Part shown: piece after piece, positions 32,673-42,114 of the stretch | How positions within the stretch are numbered: position 1 is the stretch's first letter | Layout of the letters: each line of letters opens with the position of its first letter | Source of the DNA: a virus | Taxonomy: Duplodnaviria > Caudoviricetes | DNA length: 59,245 nt | Direction: 5' to 3' (one strand) | Virus record (IMG/VR): IMGVR_UViG_3300044724_004122 | Span: 1 to 59,245 of that record | Translations under genes and position numbers: made by a program | The notes under the pieces: generated by a model | Database searches by the model: none | Told to the model about the DNA's origin: nothing | What the model saw: the letters and a program-made list of their open reading frames with translations, nothing else

Positions 32673-34244
32673 TTAATTTTTTTGAACTATTCCAAAGTTT
32701 GTTGTGATAAGAGTACCGGCTGCTGATGCTGCATTTTGTAGAGCACATCTTGTCACCTTCAAGGGGTCTATCACTCCAAGCGAGTAATAGTCTACCACAG
32801 TATCTGTGTCAAAGCAATACCCTTTTCCACTTTCACTGTTGATTATTTGCTGCTCTACCAAGTCTGGTGATGCACCAGCGTTCAAGGAAATTTGTCTCAC
32901 AGGAGCCCGTATAGCGGCGAGAACTATTTCGACGCCTCTTTCCTGGGTCGGGTTATCTACGTCCACTACAACGGAATGTGAGGCGCGCAGGAGTGATGTT
33001 CCACCACCTGAGTGGATGCCTTCTTGTTGTGCTGAACGGACTGCTTCAAGTGCGTCTTCAATACGGTGTTTCTTTTCTATCATTTCGACTTCGGTTGCAG
33101 CACCTACGCGAATAATGGCGATGCCTGATGCGAGTCTTGTGATACGCTCTTGTAGTCTGGTGCAAGCCTCAATAGAGTTTGCTTCGTCAGCTATTTGAAC
33201 TTTTAAGTTTTCTATGTGCTTCTCGACCTTTTCGTAGTCAGCCTTGCCGCCAACTATTGTAGTTGAGTGCTTTGTGATGTCCACAGACTTTGCGACACCA
33301 AGGTGTTCCATGGTCACGCTTGTTAGTGGCATACCGGACTGTCGAGAAACAAATGTTCCACCTGTGGCGAGCGCTAGGTCTCCCAAAATGGAGCGCCTTT
33401 CTTCACCGTAGCGTGGGGCTTTTACAGCAACCACCTTCATCGAACCTCTAAGCGAGTTTGCGATAAGCGCGGCTAACATTTGTCCCTCAACTTCGTCGGC
33501 TATGACGACCAGAGGTCTTCCATCACGGGCTACTTTCTCAAGGAGGGGAAGGAGGGAATCAACGGTTGAGAGTTTGTGGTCCGTAATAAAAAACAACGGG
33601 TCGTCATACTTCACAGCTTGTCTCCTTTCATCGGTGACGAACTGTGTAGAATAATAACCTGTATCAAAAATAAAACCTTCAACAAGGTCAAGTGATGTGT
33701 CGAGGGAGCGAGCCTCTTCAATGGTAATGGCTCCGTCTCTGCCGGTCTTATCTACGGCTTCGGCAATGAGCGTGCCAATGGACTTATCACCGTTCGCGGA
33801 AATGGTCGCGATGTGGTGAATGTCTTCACGCGATTGAACAGGTCTCGCTCCGTTCTTTAGTTCTAAAATAATCTTTTCTACAGCTTTGTCTATGCCCCGT
33901 TTTAGTTCTACGGGACTTTCCCCTGCTGCAATAAACTTTTGTGCCTCAGAGAAGATAGCACGAGCGAGTACGGTCGCGGTTGTTGTGCCGTCTCCTGCTT
34001 GGCTGTTGGTCTTCTCCGAGGCTTGTTTGATAACTTGTGCGGCTGCGTTTTCAAATGCGTCTTCCAGTTCTACGAACTGTGCGACTGTCACGCCGTCTTT
34101 TGTAATAATAGGGTTTTTACCTTGTTGGTGTAGCAGGACGTTTCTTCCCTTTGGTCCTAATGTTGATGCTACGTTGTCTGCGAGTTTATTAACTCCGCTT
34201 AAAATCTTTTGTTGTAAGTCTTGTCCATTGTCATAGTGTTTCAC
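32673..34244 (-). CDS. groEL: Chaperonin GroEL (phage-encoded)
   Basis: TLGPKGRNV, ITKDGVTVA, AGDGTTTATVLA, KAPRYG, RIEDAL, VIDP; no GGM tail. Confidence 0.95.
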   Translation of the reverse strand: MKHYDNGQDLQQKILSGVNKLADNVASTLGPKGRNVLLHQQGKNPIITKDGVTVAQFVELEDAFENAAAQVIKQASEKTNSQAGDGTTTATVLARAIFSEAQKFIAAGESPVELKRGIDKAVEKIILELKNGARPVQSREDIHHIATISANGDKSIGTLIAEAVDKTGRDGAITIEEARSLDTSLDLVEGFIFDTGYYSTQFVTDERRQAVKYDDPLFFITDHKLSTVDSLLPLLEKVARDGRPLVVIADEVEGQMLAALIANSLRGSMKVVAVKAPRYGEERRSILGDLALATGGTFVSRQSGMPLTSVTMEHLGVAKSVDITKHSTTIVGGKADYEKVEKHIENLKVQIADEANSIEACTRLQERITRLASGIAIIRVGAATEVEMIEKKHRIEDALEAVRSAQQEGIHSGGGTSLLRASHSVVVDVDNPTQERGVEIVLAAIRAPVRQISLNAGASPDLVEQQIINSESGKGYCFDTDTVVDYYSLGVIDPLKVTRCALQNAASAAGTLITTNFGIVQKN

Positions 34245-34259
34245 GTTCCCTCCGTGTTG

Positions 34260-35921
34260 TTAATTCCCAAACGATAACTCGTAATTTACTAACTCTTGGC
34301 TCTCTGCAAAGCTGTCGCTTGATTTGAAAGCCTCCTCAAAAACATTATAAAACGATTCTACAGTTTCTTTAACAAATTTTTTCAGTCTTTCATAAAGTTT
34401 TTTTAGTTTCTCGACCAAAGTGTTGAATGTTTTTTTCAAAAAGTCGAGCAAGCCCTCGTTCAACTCGTCAGCTTTTTCAATTTGTGTGGCGGCTTGCTCT
34501 GCACTTTTTTCAACTTCGGCTGCTGCTCTTTGAACGTCTTCGTAAGCGGCTTTGTCAATACGCTGTCGAAGTTTGTCACCTCTTCTAGAAACGCGGATTT
34601 TTAACTTATCTAGATTGGTTTTGTATAGAGAGTCGAGAACCTTGTCCATTGGCTCAAATGCAGGGTTTGTTTCACTAAACTCAAGCATCCAATTTGCCAC
34701 ATTTTTCTTGTCTGAAAACTTAAACTCTCCAGTTGCAGCCTCTCTAATAATTCTTTTCTTGCCGTCGTCTGTTATGTTATTGACCTGTTCGTTGAAAAGC
34801 TTAATAGTTGTATTTTCAGCCTCTTCAATCAGTTCTTGTGGTTTGCTCATTAGCTGGGTTAATCTGCTTAAAATTTTATTGACAACGCTGATGTTGCCAC
34901 CAATTTCTTCGTAACCTCTCTTGCTAAACAGGTCAGCAATGGCTTTAATGTCGCCAGCCTTGTCCTCAAGTAGCGCATTTGTTAGTTGTTCTTTGCTTGG
35001 CATTTCTGGCTTACTAGCTTGCACACCAAACCAAATGTGAAAAGCTGCGTCTCCACCCTGTGAGCCAACAAGCTGTGTTGCTGTTGCAGCGTCTTTTATA
35101 GAAATGTTATAGGGCGACTGTGGAGTTTTAGAAATAATTTGAATGTCCGTCTTGCCTTCTCTGGAAAAGGACGTTACTTGTCCTGCGAAACTTGGAGATG
35201 CTTTATTTACGAACTCCATGTACAGAGGTGAGTAGCCAGTTTCTTCCCCAGCTTTTTTAGCAGCGGTAGGAGTCAATACAAAAGGCTTGTTAGCGTCTTG
35301 GAATTCATCAACCATTTCCTTAAAATCATTATTGTTGGAATACAACTTCAAATAAGTTTTTTCGCCCGTACCAAAATAGCCGGGGTCTGTATCCATAGCG
35401 TCGCCATAAGTTTCTTTAAATTTATTCTTGCCGCTGATCCAGTATCCTAGAACCTCTTCCATAACGGTCGCTGGGTTTCCAACTTGCCCTACTTTGCCGC
35501 TTGGTTTAAGTTCAAGCGTGAATTTTGGACTTGTAGTTCTAATGGTTCTTTTGTAAGTGTTACCTCTGGGATTGTTTTTTCCAGAGTCAATTAACCCAAA
35601 CTCTTTCAGAGAAGGGTCGTTGAGCATTTTTTCTTTTGGACCACGACGGGCATCATAAGACTTTGAGAAGTTAAGAATCTTTATGACGCCGTTTTTTGGA
35701 GGCTCGATCTTTGCCTCGTCGCCAATGTAGCCAACAGTTCCAGCCTCAAGTTCCTTATTGATGTGGTTCTCTAGTGCTTGTCTTAGAGCAGCGGCATCTT
35801 GTTGTTGTTCCCCCAAGAAAGCCTCAACAATAAGTCTATCCAGTTCAGACTTTTGAAGTTGTTTTACTTCTTTCTGAACTGGACGGGACTTGGATAGAAT
35901 AAGTTGTTCTAACTCTTTCAT
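34260..35921 (-). CDS. Hypothetical protein with type-B-like leader; possible PD-(D/E)XK core
   Basis: ELDRLIVEAFLGE; KTDIQI...NISIK; LNEGLLDFLK C-terminal module. Confidence 0.6.
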   Translation of the reverse strand: MKELEQLILSKSRPVQKEVKQLQKSELDRLIVEAFLGEQQQDAAALRQALENHINKELEAGTVGYIGDEAKIEPPKNGVIKILNFSKSYDARRGPKEKMLNDPSLKEFGLIDSGKNNPRGNTYKRTIRTTSPKFTLELKPSGKVGQVGNPATVMEEVLGYWISGKNKFKETYGDAMDTDPGYFGTGEKTYLKLYSNNNDFKEMVDEFQDANKPFVLTPTAAKKAGEETGYSPLYMEFVNKASPSFAGQVTSFSREGKTDIQIISKTPQSPYNISIKDAATATQLVGSQGGDAAFHIWFGVQASKPEMPSKEQLTNALLEDKAGDIKAIADLFSKRGYEEIGGNISVVNKILSRLTQLMSKPQELIEEAENTTIKLFNEQVNNITDDGKKRIIREAATGEFKFSDKKNVANWMLEFSETNPAFEPMDKVLDSLYKTNLDKLKIRVSRRGDKLRQRIDKAAYEDVQRAAAEVEKSAEQAATQIEKADELNEGLLDFLKKTFNTLVEKLKKLYERLKKFVKETVESFYNVFEEAFKSSDSFAESQELVNYELSFGN

Positions 35922-37643
35922 TTACTCTCCGGTGCAAGAGCCTTCGTGCATACCGCCGCACTCTTCGCAAAGCATTTCTTCGTTCAACATTTCTTCAATC
36001 ATTGCGCGAACTTCTTTTTTGAGCATAGACTTTTGTAGTTCGTCGGGAAGGTTCTTGGCTTGTGCGTCGGAGAAACCTTTTTCTTTCATCTCGGCATCAT
36101 GCTTGTCGGTCTTTTCTTCTGACATCATGCCGTGGTAGCCTCTTGCAAACTGTGTCAAGTAGTCGCTCGTAGCGTTGGCAGAAGCCTCAAGAGCGTCTTT
36201 CATGGCTAGTTCGTATTGCTCTGGACTCGCAGACGGCAAGCCAGTTAGTTGAAGCATTTCTAGTTCTCTACCGGACATGGCGAGGGCTCGTTCTTTTGCC
36301 TTTGCTTCTGCCTCTTCGGGGCTTAGACCATCCTTTGCTGCTCTACTTCCTTGTAGGAAGCCTTGGCGACCGGCGAGGCTCATGCCTTCTTCTAGTGCTT
36401 CTGCTGCAAGTTCGTCAGCCTCGGCTGCTTCTTCTGCTGCGCCCATTTCTTCTAGGCGTCCGCTGCGGAGTGCATCAAGGTAGGCTTGGTCTGGTTGTTT
36501 CATTGGTAGTGGGTCTTTGCCCATCTTTTTCATAACAGCATTGTAAGCCTTCATGTACTCTTCGTTGCCCTGACCAATCTTTGTTGGTGGGTTGCCGTCT
36601 TCGGCGTCAACCATGCCTCTTTCTGCCATGGTCATTTCGTTAAGAGTGGCACTCACTGGTGGTTTGAGTTTAGTAGTACCGACGACTACTTCATCACCTG
36701 CCTTACCAAAGACGGGCTTGTCGGCATTTGAGTCAAGAACGAGGACGAAACCTTCTTCGCCTGTTATAAGCGTAGTTGGTTCAATAATCTTCCCTGTTGC
36801 CCCGCGAAGACCGCCATCGACCACTCTAACTTGGTCGCCAACTTTAAAGGCTCGCATTTCGTTGAGTTTTTGCTTTTGGTGGCGTGCTACCTCTTCGGCT
36901 AGAATTTGGCGCAAGCGTCCTTTTGTGATTTTTAACTTATTCATTTTGTTTTCCTCTAAGTTGTCTTTTGTTTTACCAGCACCGACTTCGACTGCGCCGA
37001 GTGACATTGCTGACATTTCTGATAGTTTATCTGCTGCGTCTAGCAATTCTGCTGCGTCAGCGAGTTCAGCGCTGGTGCCAAGTGCTGTCGCGAGCGCACC
37101 AAAACTTTCTACAGCAAATGCGCCAAGTTCTCCTGCCTTAATTGCTGAAAGCATTGCTTCGATGAACGCTGCCAAAGATTGGTGCTTTGCAAGAGCCTTA
37201 AAGAAGCCTTTACCAGAAGCGACCAATAAACCAGCGATAACAGCGTGAAAAATAATTGACGCAAGTCTTTTTCTTTTCTTTTCGTCTTTTACAAAGAAAA
37301 GGGCTTTTTCAACAGTGTCAAGGTAAATGTGGTGAAGCTTTTTACCCATCTCAATAATTGTGTTTGTTTCAATTGGCTCATCGCCTTTTCCTTTTGCCAA
37401 AATGTTTTGGACAATCTTTACGCCTTTGCCAACTATTCCCATAATTGCGGGGGCTGCTAAAAGACCACCGACTAGGGCTACACCGACTGCTTCGTTCTGT
37501 GTCTCTGGAGCCAGTTTAGCCTTGTTGGCTTTGATGTCTTTGGCAACCTGACTGAACGCTGTGTTCATTGCTTGTGCAACCAACTTTTCTTCTTCGGTTG
37601 CTTCTTTCAAAAGCGTTTCAATAATAATTTCTCTTGCTCTCAT
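35922..37643 (-). CDS. Mosaic acidic protein with repeated LxE sites and KOW motif (probable head-internal protein)
   Basis: Start MRAREIII by TAATG overlap; FKVGDQVRVVDGGLRGATGKI; many L(N/E/S/K)E sites. Confidence 0.65.
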   Translation of the reverse strand: MRAREIIIETLLKEATEEEKLVAQAMNTAFSQVAKDIKANKAKLAPETQNEAVGVALVGGLLAAPAIMGIVGKGVKIVQNILAKGKGDEPIETNTIIEMGKKLHHIYLDTVEKALFFVKDEKKRKRLASIIFHAVIAGLLVASGKGFFKALAKHQSLAAFIEAMLSAIKAGELGAFAVESFGALATALGTSAELADAAELLDAADKLSEMSAMSLGAVEVGAGKTKDNLEENKMNKLKITKGRLRQILAEEVARHQKQKLNEMRAFKVGDQVRVVDGGLRGATGKIIEPTTLITGEEGFVLVLDSNADKPVFGKAGDEVVVGTTKLKPPVSATLNEMTMAERGMVDAEDGNPPTKIGQGNEEYMKAYNAVMKKMGKDPLPMKQPDQAYLDALRSGRLEEMGAAEEAAEADELAAEALEEGMSLAGRQGFLQGSRAAKDGLSPEEAEAKAKERALAMSGRELEMLQLTGLPSASPEQYELAMKDALEASANATSDYLTQFARGYHGMMSEEKTDKHDAEMKEKGFSDAQAKNLPDELQKSMLKKEVRAMIEEMLNEEMLCEECGGMHEGSCTGE

Positions 37644-37918
37644 TAAAGTATTCTCTCGATTTTTACTTTCAAGTCGCCAGTTCCTTTTAGGACTCTGTGC
37701 CACTCGCCTTTTCTTACTAAATAGGTTTTATTTTCACGTAAAGGCATAGGTAGTTCATTGTCGTATTGAATGAACCAACCACCTGCTTCTATTACTTCTA
37801 TTATTCTTGTTTCGTCGTCTTGATGCCATTTCAGTTCTTCTGGGTCGACCAGTTCTGAGAACACCCGTAGAGAAACTTTGTCTGCTATGTATTGTTCTTC
37901 AAATGGCAGTTCTTCCAT
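37643..37918 (-). CDS. Small cupin-like conserved phage protein
   Basis: LKWHQD.E.R.IEV...W..Q.DNELP...WHRVLKG. Confidence 0.7.
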   Translation of the reverse strand: MEELPFEEQYIADKVSLRVFSELVDPEELKWHQDDETRIIEVIEAGGWFIQYDNELPMPLRENKTYLVRKGEWHRVLKGTGDLKVKIERIL

Positions 37919-39111
37919 CACCAAAACCTGTATGACATTTTCTTCATTCCCAGCTTTTCTGAGAAGCGCGGGATACGGCAGGACCAGTAGCCAGCAGATG
38001 TTTTAGGCTTGTCTTCCTCGCACTTGTGTCGAGCAACAAAAGACTTGCGTGCGCCGGGGTCATCAATGTTTGTTTTGAGACCACCCTTTGCGTCACCAAA
38101 ATGAACCGGCACTACATTTCCCTTTTCGTTCTTGACGTAAACTTTGTATTTCTTTGGACCAGATGAGCGAGTGGGTGAGTTTAGGTCTACTTTTCTTCCT
38201 TTGTACTCGGCTTCTTCTAACTCGTCTTCCATTATTGGCATAGGCATGTCGAGTGGAACTTTCTCACCTTCGTACATTGCAAACTCGCCAAGGTCAGAGC
38301 GAAGAATCTCTTCGTCCATGTCGGTGAATTGTAGTTTGCCTTCGCGCCATAGTGAGCGCTGGTCTTTTACATACTCATAGTATTTGTCGGAAAAAGGACG
38401 GTATGGATTATCGGAAAGGTCTGCCTTTTTGACAAATGGAGCACTATGAGTGCTGTCGAGAGCTTCACGGAGCCGTTGTAGAATTTCATTTTTTGCTGCC
38501 TTCTTGCCCCAGCTTTTGCCGCGACCTTTTTCTTTGCAAGCGCCGGGTGTGGGACGGCAAGATGGGTACTTTGCACGTTTCTCGCCTTCTTCTCTGCCAC
38601 ATGGCTTGCACTTTGTACGACCTGTCTTTTTATCTTTGCGACAAGTGTTGCAGTCTACCCAACCGCTTGCTTTACCGGGAGCACCTTTTCGACCAAACCA
38701 ATCGCGGAGGGAGCTTTCTTTACTTGATTCGGTCCCGGCTTTTTTTATTTTTTCTTCTAACTCTTCTGGTGCTTCTGATTTGAGGTCTTTCCAAATCTTG
38801 CCTTGGCGGCACTTTACAATGGCACCGGAAGCATAAGCAGATGGGAATACATCGTACTTACGCTTTGCAATCTTGTAGCAACGGTCTTTCTTTGTTTCTT
38901 CTTCGGAAAGAACCGCCATAACCTCTTCACGGATTATTTCTTTGATGTAGCCGTCCTCTGCTGCGTAGAGCGCTTTTTTGTATTGCTTTGGGTCTGTGGT
39001 GCAGCCAACCTTCTCACCCTGCGAACCATCACGCTTCTTTTTGTAGATAACGTGTGTTCCGGCGTCTCCGTCAGCCTGCTCACACTTTTGTTTTCTTACT
39101 AGGTATGGCAT
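37918..39111 (-). CDS. Mosaic basic/Cys-rich conserved phage protein
   Basis: PSAYASG..VKCR, SLRDWF, YPSCRP, and a KKYKVYVK..V.FGD..ARKSF.ARHKC module separated by LxE linkers. Confidence 0.75.
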   Translation of the reverse strand: MPYLVRKQKCEQADGDAGTHVIYKKKRDGSQGEKVGCTTDPKQYKKALYAAEDGYIKEIIREEVMAVLSEEETKKDRCYKIAKRKYDVFPSAYASGAIVKCRQGKIWKDLKSEAPEELEEKIKKAGTESSKESSLRDWFGRKGAPGKASGWVDCNTCRKDKKTGRTKCKPCGREEGEKRAKYPSCRPTPGACKEKGRGKSWGKKAAKNEILQRLREALDSTHSAPFVKKADLSDNPYRPFSDKYYEYVKDQRSLWREGKLQFTDMDEEILRSDLGEFAMYEGEKVPLDMPMPIMEDELEEAEYKGRKVDLNSPTRSSGPKKYKVYVKNEKGNVVPVHFGDAKGGLKTNIDDPGARKSFVARHKCEEDKPKTSAGYWSCRIPRFSEKLGMKKMSYRFW

Positions 39112-39115
39112 TTTA

Positions 39116-39595
39116 TTATCTCGTGTATTTCTCTTCTTGACCTTTTAGGTCAACGTCGTAGGTCTTTTGTTTGCCGCCACCAAAAGCATCTGTGCGGAAG
39201 TCGTCCTTACGCATCATAGTGACGATGACCAGACGGTCTGGACCCTTTCTCATATCCAACTTTGCTATTAGGTTAAGCGCAGGTTGGTTGCCCTGTTTTG
39301 CGCGAACGTGAAAGACTTCGCCGTTTGCAATTTCGCCATTGGCAAAGTCATCTAAAATTTGAGGTAGTGAGCGGTCAAGTGCTTTAATAACGCTGTCTCG
39401 GCTAATTCTACCGAGGCGTTGTCCACCTGAACCACGAGCCCCAACGTGTCGTCTTGACCTTTCCTCAGCGTGTTTAGAAGCAATGATTTTTAGATTATCT
39501 AAATCGATAGCGTATGTATCACCCTCAAAAGAGTCATACTGCGTTTCTTCTGCTAGGAAATGTTGGAAACGAGAAAGTATATCCTTGTACTGCAT
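39116..39595 (-). CDS. Hypothetical protein with type-A-like leader
   Basis: MQYKDILSRFQHFLAEE; SKHAEER..RH, VTMMRK; late motif 39600-39607. Confidence 0.7.
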   Translation of the reverse strand: MQYKDILSRFQHFLAEETQYDSFEGDTYAIDLDNLKIIASKHAEERSRRHVGARGSGGQRLGRISRDSVIKALDRSLPQILDDFANGEIANGEVFHVRAKQGNQPALNLIAKLDMRKGPDRLVIVTMMRKDDFRTDAFGGGKQKTYDVDLKGQEEKYTR

Positions 39596-39608
39596 ACACT
39601 AAATAGTG

Positions 39609-39893
39609 TTAAAAGTGAGCAATGTCTTTGCCGTTATAACCTTTTACAACGAGGTCTTCTGGGAAGTTTTTGACAAACTTACGGGCTTCGTCGCGGTCTT
39701 TGAAAAGCTGCGAAAACACAAGGATGGTGTGGTTTTTGTGAAAGCCCTCGGCAATAATGCTCCAACCTTTGAGCAGGGTTGTGATGCGTCGTTTGCTTTG
39801 TGGTGTTAGACCGTCTGCTTGCAGATGAAAACGAAGTGTTTTGTCATCGTGCGGAACTTGCCAAAAGGTCATCTTTGCTTTCTTCTTTGCCAT
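39609..39893 (-). CDS. Hypothetical protein
   Basis: 94 aa, GGAG RBS. Confidence 0.65.
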   Translation of the reverse strand: MAKKKAKMTFWQVPHDDKTLRFHLQADGLTPQSKRRITTLLKGWSIIAEGFHKNHTILVFSQLFKDRDEARKFVKNFPEDLVVKGYNGKDIAHF

Positions 39894-40125
39894 TGTTGAA
39901 CTCCACTGTTAGTTTTCCGTCTTGGAAGTGAATATTAACCTCATTTTTAACATATTTGTTCACTAATGTCAAGAGTTTTACGATACTTTCTTCGGGAAGG
40001 TCTTTTTCCTGAATGGTGTTCATTACTCTGTTGACGACAAAAGCCTTTTCTGCGAATACAACGTTGCCTTCTGTGTGAAGAGAGTTTGTCTCACACAGGA
40101 AGTTCATAAGTGATTGTTTTTTCAT
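39844..40125 (-). CDS. Hypothetical protein
   Basis: 93 aa, ATGA overlap. Confidence 0.6.
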   Translation of the reverse strand: MKKQSLMNFLCETNSLHTEGNVVFAEKAFVVNRVMNTIQEKDLPEESIVKLLTLVNKYVKNEVNIHFQDGKLTVEFNNGKEESKDDLLASSAR

Positions 40126-40751
40126 ATTTTAAGTGCGCTTTTAATTTCTTTTTCGTAATCTTTTAGTTTGTCTTCTTTGATTCTTTGCAGTTCTTCTGCA
40201 AACTTTCTTTTGAGAAACTTCTCGGCTGGAAGCATCCAGTAGTAGCTGGAAGATGTGAACTGCTTTGTGAGCCAATCAGGGTTGGGCTCCTGTTGTAACA
40301 ACCACCAGCGGACTGCGATACTAACTGTGTATGCTCTGAACTCAAACCAAGCTCGGAATGGTGCGGGGATGGGAGCAGCACACACGATGAAGAAAATCAT
40401 CCACCACTTCCAAAAAGCGAGAAGGGCAAGTGGTGCTAGTATCTGTGGGAATAAGTATAGGAACTTAAAAAGTGGTCCAAAAACTTTACCGTCCTTCATA
40501 TGAACCCACTCGTGTGCCATCACCTCACAGGCTGTATAAGGTGCGTTTGGCTTCCAGGGCATTTGAGGAACATAAACTTTTGCGCCGATAACTGTGATGT
40601 ATCGGGTCATAAACTCTTTGTTGAAAAACAAGAGCTTGGAGAGGCATTTCATCAAGAAGGAGTTGCGCTTATCGATATATTCAAAAGTAGGGAACTCTTC
40701 TTTAATGTGCCTCTCCAAACCCATGCGTTTGAGAGTCAATATTTCTTTCAT
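40122..40751 (-). CDS. Membrane zincin-like metallopeptidase
   Basis: HEWVH, hydrophobic hairpin, FEFRAY third ligand. Confidence 0.7.
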   Translation of the reverse strand: MKEILTLKRMGLERHIKEEFPTFEYIDKRNSFLMKCLSKLLFFNKEFMTRYITVIGAKVYVPQMPWKPNAPYTACEVMAHEWVHMKDGKVFGPLFKFLYLFPQILAPLALLAFWKWWMIFFIVCAAPIPAPFRAWFEFRAYTVSIAVRWWLLQQEPNPDWLTKQFTSSSYYWMLPAEKFLKRKFAEELQRIKEDKLKDYEKEIKSALKI

Positions 40752-40755
40752 TGCT

Positions 40756-41346
40756 TTAGCGAAGCTTGCTTGCTAGTCTGCGCTTGAGGCTTTCCTTTAC
40801 GAGTCTCTTTTGAACTCTGCTTGTTACCTCTGCAACGATTTCTTCAAGGGCTGCCTCTTCCATCATGTCGTCAGCCATATCTTCTTCAGCGTCAGCCATG
40901 TCGTCAGCGGCTGCTTCCATGTCGCCCGCTTCGGCGTCCATTTCGGCGTCAGCCATTTCTTCACCGGCTTCTTCTTCAGCCTCTACTTCGACAGCAACAC
41001 CTGTCTCTTCTTCGATGGCAGCAGCGATGGCGTCAACCAAGGCTTCTACCTTGTCTTCCATAGCAGCGTCGGGCTCTGCGCTGGCTTCTTCTTCGCCGCG
41101 CTCTTCGCCTTCTTCTTCCATCATCTTGCCGTAGCCTTCTTCCATCTTGTCGCCATGCTCGGCTTCTGTCATGGCGTCTGCACCAGCACCGGCTTCGCCA
41201 GCGTCGTCATGCATTTCTTCTTCCATCTTCTCTTTCTCGCCGTGCATACCTTCATCGATGCTTTCGGTGAGAACTTCAGCGTCAGCGGAAACGTAGCCAC
41301 GCCAAGATTCGAGAAGAACCTTCATGTCTTTGTTATCTCTTTTCAT
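40756..41346 (-). CDS. Very acidic scaffold/core-like protein with type-A-like leader
   Basis: MKVLLESWRGYV..VLTE; E/A/D/M-rich; basic C-terminal helix; late motif 41380-41388. Confidence 0.65.
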   Translation of the reverse strand: MKRDNKDMKVLLESWRGYVSADAEVLTESIDEGMHGEKEKMEEEMHDDAGEAGAGADAMTEAEHGDKMEEGYGKMMEEEGEERGEEEASAEPDAAMEDKVEALVDAIAAAIEEETGVAVEVEAEEEAGEEMADAEMDAEAGDMEAAADDMADAEEDMADDMMEEAALEEIVAEVTSRVQKRLVKESLKRRLASKLR

Positions 41347-41391
41347 AATATTAACTCTCCTTATGGGAAAATAACCAAAATAAATAGTTTT

Positions 41392-41559
41392 CTAAAAATC
41401 TAAATCCTCTTCTATCAGTGAAAACTCAACGTCAGCCACGTTCTCAAGCTTGCGGAGCACATCAAGCCACCGCACCAACTCTTCTTGGTCATCAACTGAG
41501 ACCTGAACATTGTGTGGGTCTTCACTGTTTTCTACTTTGTATTGAACGTTGTATCGCAT
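41392..41559 (-). CDS. Small hypothetical protein
   Basis: MRYNVQY after GGAGG. Confidence 0.55.
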   Translation of the reverse strand: MRYNVQYKVENSEDPHNVQVSVDDQEELVRWLDVLRKLENVADVEFSLIEEDLDF

Positions 41560-41577
41560 TTCCACCTCCAACAATAA

Positions 41578-41802
41578 CTATGAAGAAAGGAGCTTTTTTT
41601 CTAGTTTTTTGATAGCCTTGTCCTCTATCTGCTTCACTCTGACGTAAGAAACGCCCAATCTTTTAGCACATTCCCTCAGAGTCATTTTGCCGTTTTTCTT
41701 TACAGCAACGAGCACACAGTTGTCATCTTCTGAATAATCTATCCATTGACGGCACTCTTTGTTTTGACATACTTCGCCTATTTTATCTTTACATCTACTC
41801 AT
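41578..41802 (-). CDS. Stand-alone sigma70 region-4 HTH protein
   Basis: MTLRECAKRLGVSYVRVKQIEDKAIKKL; Cys-rich N-terminus. Confidence 0.8.
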   Translation of the reverse strand: MSRCKDKIGEVCQNKECRQWIDYSEDDNCVLVAVKKNGKMTLRECAKRLGVSYVRVKQIEDKAIKKLEKKLLSS

Positions 41803-42113
41803 AAGTCTGGGTTTGCCTCCTCGATTTTATCAAAGATGTTTTCAATGTCGTCATCATCTAAGTCATAAAAATCTTTGTAGTCTTCTTTCTGTAAGTTTTT
41901 TATTCTTTGCTTCGCGTCATTTTTTGCTGTGCCTCTCAACTCTTCTACAAGTCGAATGGTCCATTTGTTTTTCTCCACATAGGTCTTTACCATAAAGCGA
42001 ACGAATGCTGCTTGACTAATACTGTCTTCACCGCACGCTACACGGAAAGCCTCGTGGAGTTCTTTCTCTAAAAAGAAAGTTAGTCGGGACTCTCCCGGTT
42101 TTCCTTTTGCCAT
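41799..42113 (-). CDS. Ribbon-helix-helix-like protein
   Basis: RLTFFLEKELHEAFRVAC....ISQAAFVR. Confidence 0.6.
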   Translation of the reverse strand: MAKGKPGESRLTFFLEKELHEAFRVACGEDSISQAAFVRFMVKTYVEKNKWTIRLVEELRGTAKNDAKQRIKNLQKEDYKDFYDLDDDDIENIFDKIEEANPDL

Positions 42114-42114
42114 T

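Noticed and set aside
40860-41230. Low-complexity GC-rich repeats
   Set aside because: Explained by the Glu/Ala/Asp/Met-rich coding sequence, not an independent DNA repeat
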